The notes under the pieces: model-generated | What the model saw: the letters and a program-made list of their open reading frames with translations, nothing else | Told to the model about the DNA's origin: nothing | Database searches by the model: none | Assembly (NCBI GenBank): GCA_965235115.1 | Contig: OZ249440.1 | Coordinates: forward strand, 33,482,001-33,546,000 | Direction: 5' to 3' | Source: Laetmonice hystrix | Lineage: Eukaryota | DNA: 64,000 nucleotides | Program-made: the position numbers and the translations under genes | Shown: positions 50,101 to 61,841 of the stretch, piece after piece | Position numbering within the stretch: position 1 is the first letter of the stretch | Layout of the letters: every line of letters begins with the position of its first letter

Positions 50101-50296
50101 CAGTATAGGGCAGACCATATATCTTTATCTTTATATAAAATATTCTTTATATGTAATTAGGTACCAAGAAAGCAAACTTTGACTACAAAGAAGCATCACA
50201 TTACAACTCTGCCCACGTGGGAACACCAGAGGAAGAAACAACAGAGAAGAAATCATTGTGTCAGAAAGCCCAGTAAAGAATAGGAAAAGACGTTGA
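47130..50296 (+). pseudogene. P-element-like (THAP9-type) transposase remnant, intron-containing
   Basis: FWKEQLK...GMRWH, SPAVYRTLR...KLPG, HDEMAIK, GFVD, ATHVLVFMVVG, PHLVKTVRNN, MDRFFDCLN, FLGYLEEW, LSDQTYEGLQIT and GNTRG; 30-bp and ~113-bp tandem duplications. Confidence 0.82.
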
Positions 50297-52251
50297 TAGT
50301 CTATCTGCACAACTTCTCAGACATCAGTCTGTGCAGCTCTTATGGGTTTTCGATCCCAGAGACTTACGAAGTGCTTTTTGACGCTTAACTGTGTGTGACT
50401 GAGATCGATACTGTTGAACGATCTTTTGCAGCTTACTGTGACATCGAATTTTGAAAAACAAAGCTACAATGTCCTTCAGAACATCTTGCTTTTCTTCTTC
50501 ACATAAAGCAGAAGAGCAGGTAGCATCACTAAATAAGTTCTGGAGCAGAAAAATGTGTTACCTACCTCAAGAAAACTGTACAGGCATTCTATATCGTCTG
50601 AACAAATATCTTCAGTCGCCATTCTCTGCTGCTGCTGTCTCGCACGGATGGGCAAACCAGAAATTCAGAGTGTAAAACGGGGGGTGTACATGTGCAATAC
50701 AACCTGCCAAACGGCAAACACTTGCGAAGTGGTGCGAGTCAGCAATCCAGCTATACTCTAGATCTATGCTCGGATGAACCAGCAGGTCGGAAGGTTAGGC
50801 CTTTAGATTTGTTTCAGTTTGGTGAATTTGCTAGTAAATGCACCAGACGTAGACGTGGACACCCTTAACAGCTTCGCGTTAAGGATGTGGGACAAGCCAT
50901 AGAGAATTTACCAAATGCGTGGGTTGGCTCGGTTTCAACGCCGATTTCAAACCCCTGTCGCGATGTCTACTTACAATAAAATGCCCATGTTAATGTGTAT
51001 AGTGTTCGCTAGGATCTTGGTCAAGGAATTGTCTATTCCGAAGGTGATTTTGACTTGTCAGGCGTTTTGTTGTATGTTCAATCCGACTTTTTAAAACTCT
51101 CATCGCCATTCGGCATCCGTGATAACATGAATCAGCTGGTTCCGGTTCCATTTGCACATGCGCAGTACCGACAGACAACAATGTCAATGTACAATATATT
51201 ACAGAAGGAGCGCATTACTTCCTAAACTATGCGCTGCACGTCGTCACATGTAAATGGAAGCAATCATGTATTCGTAGAGATATGAATCGGTGCCGTTTCT
51301 TTATTTGAAGGGATTTTGCAAAATCTCTATGACCTTTCCAACGACCCTAACACGCTAGTGTATAGGGGAGAGTCAACGGCTACACCAGACGCTGTCACTG
51401 AGCGAGTGCCCTGACCTAGAACCTACTTAGATATGTGACTGCAATCACTGCATGTGAATGGGGTACTCTCAGCACTAATCCGACAGGTGGCGCTGTCAGT
51501 AACTACGATATGCAGTAGGCTGGCTAGGCTTGGCTCAGCCTGGCTGGAGGCTCTGCTGAACCACACGTTAGCTTATCACAGATTGTAAGCATAGTAGCAA
51601 CCATTAACAGAAGAAGCATCACGACATCGAGACATAGAAGATTATCCTAAGTCTAAATAGACGAACTGAAGGTCTTTTAGCAGCCTAGACGTCTAGGCTA
51701 TATTGTGGCACAATCAAATCACGTGATCAAAACATTGTCCCGGCTCACTGCCGACAATACCTTATGGGCGTAGACTAAAGATAATAGACAAGTCTTCAGT
51801 TCTGTACGAAGGGTATTTCATGAAATATCACATTTCAGATACCTACGCCACGTTAGGTGTTCATTTGCATGTTATTCCAATACATGGCAATAGTTACAAA
51901 AGTTGAAGTGACAGCTGGAACTCCGCCATTTTGAATGTCACGCTAGTCTAGGCCTAGCCTCGAACCGGTAACATTGATACAAATAATGGTTTTTAGAATT
52001 TATGTCATCTTTTAAATTAGGTATCTTTTGATGTCGAAAACAAAAGAGACATATGTCTGCACTTTTCACGATGTCTGAATATTACAAACGACCCGAAAGA
52101 AGTGTAATCTTTGCTTGATGGCAGCCGGCCTATCCTTTACAATAGCAACCTCGTTTTTGGATGGCTTAGTTGCTGGAAGCGCCACCTTCCGAGTGTTTTG
52201 GCGTATAGTACCCCATTGGATTTAAGTAGGATGTCACAAAATTGTACTTAA

Positions 52252-53805
52252 AGATGTACCATCAACTGTCATTTAGAAGGCATCTCATGAGATATGTACT
52301 GAATGTAATACGATAGAGGAATAAAATTCGTTAATTGCGTTTTATTATGTCCACCCGTTAATTAGAACGGCCCATAGCAACGGCCCTAGAAACGAAATGC
52401 CATCAAAACCCGCACCAGATAATGAGTCAAATCGAGAACGGTCTTTGTGACGTTTTGGGATTCCCCTGTGTGTGCCACTGCTCGAGCCAGTCGAGGCGTT
52501 ACGTAGCCTGTGATCTAGAGTGATATTCATTTTATAAAATACATTTTAAGTTAGAAAAATGTCCCGACGGTGTGTAGCTATGTTCTGTGACCACCAGGGC
52601 AACAAATTATTTGAGTTTCCTTGGATCGAGTAATCAGCACTCAGCAGCATCCGAAAAATATTTGTCAAGGCCAGAGACTGAGAGAGCGCTCTGCCACTGG
52701 GTCTGGGAGCCACCGCCCACAACTTGGCACAAGTCTGTTGTACGTTGTGCTGCCGATTGTTCCGACAACTGGGCAAAATACAAGTTGGGTTTAGCCTAAT
52801 CTTTATAGGTTTGTAGGAGGGGCGGACCCAAAGTCAAGACAAATCACCATGGCAGCCTGACTGTAGCTCATGCCTGACTGTAACGGCAGTGTAGCTGCGA
52901 GGGTGACGGTCGGAAGCCGCGAACAGCCGCAAACAAAGCAATGACTGCCGCTCAAGCTACCTGAGGCTGAGACTGAGTGACAGTCAGGATCCGCCACCGT
53001 TTACCTAGGCTATAGTATAGGCCTAGGCCTAGATCTAGTTGTCACGAAAAGCCTAGATCTCGTCTATATAGGAGCCTACTCTATGGGCCATGGATGTCAT
53101 TCCCGTTTCACTCAGACTCAGTGTGTGTGTGGCCACGGATCGGTCGGTGTTTGTAAACAAAGCATGGAAACGCATCGTCATCGGCGATGATTTCATGCCG
53201 ACTGGTGACAATTCGTAAACTTGTTATCTGATCGAAAGAGCAATCAGAATTTGTGTAATTTCCACTAGGCCTATTTGGTGGACTTGGTGGACAGGCCCCG
53301 TCAGCAACTGCATGCAGTTGACAGACTAGTCCGGCCATGCCCCCTCCCCCTCCCCCGTCAGCCAGTGACACTGCCCCATCCACCGGCCTCGATCAGGTTC
53401 GAACCGTGATGTACGGCCCAAACTGCAGTGGTTCTGCCTGTTGTTGGTGATAATCTTTACTGACTTCAGTCTTATCCTGCTACTCTGGTACGGTAGCACA
53501 AAATCTTCAAAGTTAGACAAGGACCTAAACGAGGAGGAGGAGTGCACTGTCCTCACTCGTGTAACTGTTTACCACTGTGGCCGCCATTTTCCTCTCGGCA
53601 AGTGTTCTCGATTTGACGTCAAAATCTCATTAACATAATTCGCGCGCAATTTGAACCTTTCTGTGTCCATTTTGCAAAAAAAAGGCTATAAAGTGCTTTT
53701 GGAAATTTTTTCCCCCCGTGAGCAGCCTGGAATGTATTATGTGCATTAAATAAGACATGTGTATGCCAATATTCCACATTTTAACACATCAATGACGGTT
53801 CCTGT
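52252..53805 (+). mobile_element. Non-autonomous Kolobok-like element, copy 1
   Basis: TTAA at 52248-51 and 53806-09; imperfect TIR AGATGTACCATCA / TGACGGTTCCTGT. Confidence 0.85.
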
Positions 53806-53884
53806 TTAATGACCACTCTAGGATACATGCAAAGTAAATATAATTCCGCAATTAATTTTGGTACATTATAATGACTGTCTTTAT

Positions 53885-56800
53885 ACCTAAGAAATTTTGG
53901 ATGTATGTGCGCAGGAAAACCAAGTACCGAGTGGGAATACCAGATCTGGAAATACAAGGCACTCAAAGGCTTACAACCGGCAATAAACAAAAAGCTGATG
54001 TTTTATCAGAGTTTTTCACATTGGTTTTCACTAGAGAACCGGGGGGAGAACTACCAGATATTGAAATGATCTGCCAAAGTAAACTAGAGAACTGCTACCT
54101 GGATGCAGAGACAGTCAAAAAACGACTCATAAAAATTAATACGGCGAAGTCACCAGGTCCTGACCAGATACATCCTCGGGTTCTGCGGGTATTACATGAC
54201 GTAATCCATACACCACTGGCTGTCATCATAAATTGTTCACTGGACACTGGAGAACTCCCCACAGAGTGGAAAAATGCCCATATATCGGCGATCTACAAAA
54301 AGGGGCCAAAAAAGAAAGCGGAGAATTATTATTGACCAGTGAGTCTCACCAGCATAGTAGTCAATATTGCAGAAACCATCATCAGCGAGGAAATTATGCA
54401 CCACATGAAACAGAACAATCTCTTTAGCAACAAACAGTTCGGGTTCTTGGGAGGACTGTCGACAGTGCCACAGCTGTTGATGATTCTTGACAAATGGACA
54501 GAAACACTTGACCAAGGGGGAGTCACCGACGTTATCTATTGTGATTTTATGAAGGCTTTTGATAAGGTTCCACACAAGTGAATCCTTAAACAGGAACCGT
54601 CATTGATGTGTTAAAATGTGGAATAGTGGCATACACATGTCTTATTTAATGCACATAATACATTCCAGGCTGCTCACGGGGGGAAAAAATTTCCACAAGC
54701 ACTTTATAGCCTTTTTTTTGCAAAATGGACACAGAAAGGTTCAAATTGCGCGCGAATTATGTTAATGAGATTTTGACGTCAAATCGAGAACACTTGCCGA
54801 GAGGAAAATGGCGGCCACAGTGGTAAACAGTTACACGAGTGAGGACAGTGCACTCCTCCTCCTCCTTTAGGTCCTTGTCTAACTTTGAAGATTTTGTGCT
54901 ACCGTACCAGAGTAGCAGGATAAGACTGAACTGAAGTCAGTAAAGATTATCACCAACAACAGGCAGAACCACTGCAGTTTGGGCCGTACATCACGGTTCG
55001 AACCTGATCGAGGCCGGTGGATGGGGCAGTGTCACTGGCTGACGGGGGAGGGGGAGGGGGCATGGCCGGACTAGTCTGTCAACTGCATGCAGTTGCTGAC
55101 GGGGCCTGTCCACCAAGTCCACCAAATAGCGGAAATTACACAATTTCTGATTGCTCTTTCGATCAGATAACAAGTTTAAGAATTGTCACCAGTCGGCATG
55201 AAATCATCGCCGATGACGATGCGTTTCCATGCTTTGTTTACAAACACCGACCGATCCGTGGCCACACACACACTGAGTCTGAGTGAAACGGGAATGACAT
55301 CCATGGCCCATAGAGTAGGCTCCTATATAGACGAGATCTAGGCTTTTCGTGACAACTAGATCTAGGCCTAGGCCTATAGCCTAGGTAAACGGTGGCGGAT
55401 CCTGACTGTCACTCAGTCTCAGGTAGCTTGAGCGGCAGTCACTGCTTTGTTTGCGGCTGTTCGCGGCTTCCGACCGTCACCCTCGCAGCTACACTGCCGT
55501 TACAGTCAGGCATGAGCTAACAATACAGTCAGGCTCCCATGGTGAGTTTGTCTTGACTTTGGGTCCGCCTCTCCTACAAACCTATAAAGATTAGGCTAAA
55601 CCCAACTTGTATTTTGCCCAGTTGTCGGAACAATCGGCAGCACAACGTAGCCTACAACAGACTTGTGCCAAGTTGTGGGCGGTGGCTCCCAGACCCAGTG
55701 GCAGAGCGCTCTCTCAGTCTCTGGCCTTGACAAATATTTTTCGGATGCTGCTGAGTGCTGATTACTCCAAGGAAACTCAAATAATTTGTTGCCCTGGTCT
55801 GGTGGTCACAGAACATAGCTACACACCGTCGGGACATTTTTCTAACTTAAAATGTATTTTATAAAATGAATATCACTCTAGATCACAGGCTACGTAACGC
55901 CTCGAGCAGTGGCACACACAGGGGAATCCCAAAACGTCACAAAGACCGTTCTCGATTTGACGTCATTATCTGGTGCGGGTTTTGATGGCATTTCGTTTCT
56001 AGGGCCGTTGCTATGGGCCGTTCTAATTAACGGGTGGACATAATAAAACGCAATTAACGAATTATATTCCTCTATCGTATTACATTCAGTACATATCATG
56101 AGATGCCTTCTAAATGACAGTTGACGGTACATCTTTAATAAAATTGAAAGCTACGGCATATCCAGGAAACTACTTCGCTGGCTTCAGGGGTTCCTATTGA
56201 ACAGATGGCAGCGAGTTAGCGTACAAGGATCCTTCTCCAGCCGGCAGAGTGTCTTGAGCAGGATCCCACAAGGATCGTTCTCGGCCCGCTGATGTTTGTA
56301 CTCTACATAAATGATCTAGCTGCAAGCTCTGACCTTTTCCTGTTCGCCGACGATACTAAATTATTTAAAGCTATTTTCGAGGGTGAAGATTGTGACCAAC
56401 TACAGCAGGACCTTGATAGGATGCACGACTGAACTAACACCTCACTGTTAAAATTCCACCCGGATAAGTGCAAGCAGATGAGAATAGGAGACAGGGAAAA
56501 GCCAAGAAGACATTACACCCTAGGAAATCTCAACACCACTCTGACTATAACAGAAAAGGAGAAAGATATTTGGGTAGAAGCTTTAGGTATTTGCCTGAAG
56601 GAGCTTCATGGCTTTTGCCACAACCACTCAGAAAACCATTGCCAGTCCGGTCCGGTTCAACAAAGGAAATATTCGCCAGTCCGGTTCAACCGGCAGTGTG
56701 TAAGGGAGTGCGCGGGTCCCACTCTTGAAAACCTGGGGACTGGTTACATGACCGCAACGGTGGCGCCATCTGGCCAACCGACATTGCACTCCCCGATACT

Positions 56801-58720
56801 CTCTTAAACATACTGTGACCGTCCTGGGGCCGACAGGGATATTATCCTTTGGGTGAGAATTAAATGGGTTGGGAGATCAATGATCGGTGGTAGCTAATCG
56901 AGGGCCAGAAGCTAACTTCGTAGTCGATGCACGTTCGGTCCATGGTGAAACCGTGTCTATCAATGACTGCACGGCGGGCAGTTTAATCCTGACTAGCCTC
57001 CCTTACACGTCAGGACCAGAAAAGAAATAAAAACGGGATAGGGAGAATTATCCTGGACTAAGGGCTAAGATGGGAGAACGAGACTTCACTGATTGTATAA
57101 TAAAATAGAGCCGCTTTATTTCGGACGTCGATCCATTCCATATGGCCCTGTCCACACAGTGGACTTGGCGAAAATACAAGGCTCATCAACAGACAATACC
57201 CTTATTAACATGGAGATTTACCACACAGACATGCACTGTCAATGCCTGTAGTACTGTAACCTAACATGTTACCGTCCATTGCCGGTAAAGCTGAATACCA
57301 TATTATATAACAAGTCTTTGGCGACCCCTACGCTTCAAAGAGATAAATACCATTCTTCCATAATTAGGCTACAGGCTATCATAAATACACCCACTAAACC
57401 TAGGCTGAATCTTGGTTCAGACCGGAGCAAGACTACAAGTACAACTGTACCGTCACCGTCACGGCCGAATGCCGATTACCGGGGCGGTGGTGAATCCCTC
57501 CACCGAACTCGGTGGGACTGACACTCCGACGCGTGAGTCGGGGAAAATACTGTTTCATCACAATACAACAGCCGTGCTGTCGTGAGAATCTATATTTATA
57601 AAGAATACGGCCAAAACTCATCGCCCATGGCGATGTGAAGCATTAAAAAACATTAGCACGTGTTTGTGCTCAGTTTGTTTACAAACAGTCGCTCGCTCGA
57701 CGCTCTCCACCAATTCGGTGGGGATTCGGTGGGTAGATACGAGATTGAGTGAACGAAAAGGAAAGCCCAAAGTAAGCATACTGATACATAGCAAACTGCC
57801 AATTCGACAGTGGTATCAAGGTATTTTGCTTTAGAAGCTAGGCTTCGAGGAAAAAATAGACCATCATATCCTAAACAGTCGGCAAATCTGCCGCCGAGAA
57901 TATATAATGGCGAGACCTACTGACCTGGTTCGGTGGGCGTGGCTTTGCTCTCCCCACATCCCCCCGAACGCCCACTATTTATACGTCATACGTTCGGTGG
58001 CGCGCCGCTATTGGATAATGTGGGTCACATGACTGTGACGTTATAATTCCACCGAGCCAAACTGCTCTGATTGCAGCGACTGAATTGTGACGACACATTA
58101 CTAAGTAGCCATGCGGTCTCAATACTAATATATACATGGTGCACCATATATATATAACACATTTAAGGCCCTAGTAAGACGCCACCTGGAGTACGCTATT
58201 AACCAAATCTGGGCACCTCATCAAGCACATCAAAGTCCTAGAAAACGTCCAACGAAGAGCTACAAGAATGATTCCAGGCTACGCCTCCCCACACTTTCCT
58301 GTCGGAGGCTGGGGGGGGGGGACATGATTGAGACATACAAAATACTAACCGGGAAATCTGACAGCGATGTAACAGGAGGATTTCTAAAACTCAGACGGGA
58401 TAGCAACACAAGAGGACACAGCCTAAAAATCTACAAGGAGAGGCCCAGATTAGACTGCAGAAAAAACTCCTTCTCTTACAGAGTAGCAGATCCCTGGAAT
58501 AGTTGGAACATATATAGTACAATCACCAACAATAGCAGCTTTTGAAAGGAGACGTGAAATCGAGAAATCACGACTTAATTTACAACTTCCGAGCCCCCCC
58601 CCCCCCCCCGACTCTTAAGCAAGCACAATCAATGAGTAATTTTACTAGTTGCAAGCTGGCACTAGAGGTCCAATATGACCTAGATCAGCCAGAAGAGGAC
58701 CTGTAAGTAAACCTGTAAGC
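53885..58720 (+). mobile_element. CR1-type LINE ORF2 remnant in three pieces (53885-54585, 56139-~56573, ~58158-58720)
   Basis: PKKFW, KSPGPDQIHPRVL, DFMKAFDKVPH, IPQGS, LFADD, LENVQRRATR, GDMIETYKI and TRGHSLK. Confidence 0.87.
54590..56134 (-). mobile_element. Non-autonomous Kolobok-like element, copy 2 (inverted), inserted in a CR1 RT
   Basis: TTAA at 54586-89 and 56135-38; reverse complement of copy 1 with small indels; removing it rejoins KAFDKVPH...ILNKIESYG. Confidence 0.88.
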
Positions 58721-58879
58721 AACATGTCCTGAGATTAGCGCACGTAATTAGATTCAGATCAGCACACTAGCATTGTACGGACCCCTGTCCGCTTGCTTCG
58801 GCACAGTAGTAACACACTGGTCCTGCCTGCCCCGCGGCGTAATGTCCTTGGTACTACATCTGACGAATACTGGCGAATG

Positions 58880-59295
58880 GTACTCTCAGCAAACAAGCTA
58901 TGAGAGGTCTGTACTTGCTACCAAGTCATATCAAAACGAGGATCTATTATTCTATGGTATGCCATCCCCAACAACGTTCAAACAGGAAGAACGTTTGTTG
59001 AAAAGAAAGTGGGAATCATCCAGAGTTCCAGTCTAGAACTGACAGGAGGCCTATGCAGATGTAGAGAAGGCAAAACTGTTGTATCCAAACATTTATTACA
59101 TTCTATCTGCCCTGTTATCTGCTAAATCCGCCAGTGTCGAACGTGCCCACTCTGTACTGAAGTATATTCAGAATGATCGTTGGAGTGGAATGGGTCAAGA
59201 CTGATTTAACAGTTCGGCACTTTGTACATCGACAGAGACATTAAAATTGAGTAAAATAATTTATGCTTTTGCAGCAAGAAAACCCAAATTAATGT
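58880..59295 (+). pseudogene. hAT transposase C-terminal dimerization-domain remnant
   Basis: LYPNIYYIL...SASVERAHSVLKYIQN.R.SGMGQD...FAARKP. Confidence 0.65.
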
Positions 59296-59297
59296 GT

Positions 59298-59836
59298 ATG
59301 CCCCATGACGTTCAGATCACCATCCAGTTCCTCTAGATGAGGTTTGACCCTCAGTCCAAAAGGACGTATACATGTACGTTTCCTTTCGTTTGTATAAATA
59401 TTGGAACTGAGGGTAAAAAACGCAATTGTAAGCTGGATTTGACCAGTTCATCCTGAGATTTACTGCGTACTGCAGAGCTTAAGGCGTAGTTCTAGGATTG
59501 CAGCAAAGCATGCATATAGAGGCTCTGAACCGGAGATGTTCTAAAAGCCCCAGGGGAAAGCCGCAAACCCTGTGGTGAACCATGCCCAAAAGCCTTATAT
59601 AATAAGGGGAAAGTTGTCACTCCCGCAAAGCCAAAGGTCGTCCCAGACCCTCCAAGAAAAATCCAGCAGCAGGTCATTGCAAGGCTAATAGCTGTATTTG
59701 ACCAGGATGTAAGTGTTGGAACCATTATTAATGATGCACAGAGCACGATCGTCAATGAACTCTTCAATCCTCTTGCCCTTGCCATCAATTTTGGTGCGAT
59801 ACCAGTGGATGAAGTTACTGTTTGGGGGAATGTAAA
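59298..59836 (-). mobile_element. Old, multiply deleted remnant of the same I-clade family
   Basis: Patches of APE (GKGKRIEEFID, WRVWDDL) joined to QGLRLSPGAFRTSPVQSLY and RPFGLRVKPHLEELD. Confidence 0.85.
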
Positions 59837-60496
59837 CTACTCAACAAAAGTTCTGCAACTAGTCATCATTGGCTTGATATATTGGTAACACACATTGAAT
59901 GCCCAACGTAGGTGGTAGGTTACGAGAGGGGCCATTGTGGCACATTCACACCAATTTCGAAACCAATAACACAAAAGGCATGAATTTGACAACACATTTA
60001 ATGAGGGAGGGGTACAGTTCCCAAAGTGACAATATGGCATCAGGTGCAGTCTACTGAGAGGTTGGCTGTCATTGGTCACACTCCTGTCTTTGATAGCTTA
60101 CTTATTATTGGCTTATCTAAAAATACATTGAGGATGTGCCTGCGTGATGGAAAAAGCAAACTGATATTGTCTTCGCCAGTGAGCGTCGGTAGCGCTCCGT
60201 GCCATGGACTCGGCCGGGGTCCTCAGCCGGGCCCTTCACCCGTTAACACGTGTGTTAGGACATTGCCTAGACCTCACCTGTGTGTTGAAATTGTACTAGA
60301 GATTAAAAACCATGTTCCTAGTTTTAGAACATATGATATCAACCTTTGTGGCAAGTTTGGTAACGTAGATTCGTAGCACATGTGTATGAAAAATTGAGCT
60401 GAAATTGATTGTGTAGCTGAAATTGATTGTGTAGCTGAGTGACAGCGACCCATGCTTGTCATGCTGTGATGGCCGTGAGCCATCCTGTCCTGATCA

Positions 60497-61719
60497 CAGA
60501 CCTGCCAAAACTCCCGCTTAGGCAGGAGAACTCCCGAATTTAGGGGTTTCCCCCCTTTTCTCCCGATCTCCCGCCGGACCATTCATTTGCAGAAAAAGAT
60601 GCGGGTTAAAACAAAGGGCCACCGCCAGTGTTTACAGGCCAGGCACACAGGCCGTGATATTCTAAGCAAGTTAAAAAAGATTTGAACACAACTGGTGCTC
60701 AAATAGTTAAGATATAAGCACTTTACTGCTGGAGCCTGCTTAGAGCGCTGCTCAGCTGGTGGAGGCCACCATTAGCGTCTGCTCCTTGGGCTAATCTCAA
60801 ACTGCGCATGTTCGACCTAGGCCTAAACAATAACAGCACGACTGCTCTCCGGTTTGAGAGGAACTAAAAACTGACACACCTGTTGTGTTGAGCGATTCGG
60901 AAGGTAGCGAACGTTGACAGCTTATAAGCAATATTTGTTAGAACATAGACGAAAACCATGAATAGTGATGAGGAGTGGCTAGGAATAAGCCTACCTATAT
61001 CAGGGGATATACGGATCTGGGCAGCCGTGGGTTTCGGCTACCTGCATTCAATTCATCCTGCTCGGAGGTGTGATGTTGACGGAGTTCAGCCCTGCCTGGC
61101 CCGGGCGCCCCACTCTGACTACAACCGCGGGCACTCCGGGCAGTGTCACTGTCAGCACCACGGGAGTCAGACTCCTGTGGTCAGCACAGACCTGTTGCGT
61201 TTAGTTGTGACTGTGGGACTGACCCCGTCGATTTGCCCGTCGAACGTCATTTACTTCCGGCCAGCCCGACAAATGGCTGCGCCGCTGAAGCCAGTGATTT
61301 TGACACGGTTGTCATGTTTAACATATGACTTCTTGGAATGGGGGGGGGGGGGGACATTTATTTCCAACCACTACTCTGAAAGGTGAGTATATATAGAGGC
61401 CCTGCAGCTGTCCAAATGTGATTTTTGACTGGACTTCTCCTTTAAGAGCGGGCAATTCCTTTTTCATATGGCAGAGGCGCCACAGCGCCAGGCTTGGCAG
61501 CGCCATGTCGTTGATGGTGCTCCGCACATGAGGCCTGTCTGCCGTTCATTGGCCTCTCTTTGCACATGTGCCCCCTGTTGAATTATTTTCACTTGTCAAT
61601 ACTTGTATTTACAAGACGTTTGATCACTAGTACTGTTTCGCCTCGAATTATCTCCCGCTTGGGATTACCTCAAGTGGGAGATTCTCCCACTTGATAGGGA
61701 AAAAGATTTGGCAGGTCTG
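60497..61719. mobile_element. Non-autonomous hAT-like element
   Basis: Perfect 12-bp TIR CAGACCTGCCAA / TTGGCAGGTCTG with CTCCC/GGGAG subterminal motifs; no clear 8-bp TSD. Confidence 0.65.
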
Positions 61720-61841
61720 TGTTCAGAGTGACACTGTGTTAGGCCCTGAGTTGACTGGGTCAGGCTTTCTACAAATGTACAATTGCTACATCACTGCCCC
61801 CACCTGATTCCATGTGATCTTAACCCATCCTATATAAATAC

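Noticed and set aside
53108..55286. Duplicated short ORFs (MDGAVSLADG...) as genes
   Set aside because: They have no recognisable domain and simply mirror the repeated non-coding element.
52252..56134. Single foldback or Polinton-like element with 1.55-kb TIRs
   Set aside because: Each arm has its own TTAA flanks, and the right arm interrupts a CR1 ORF that continues outside it.
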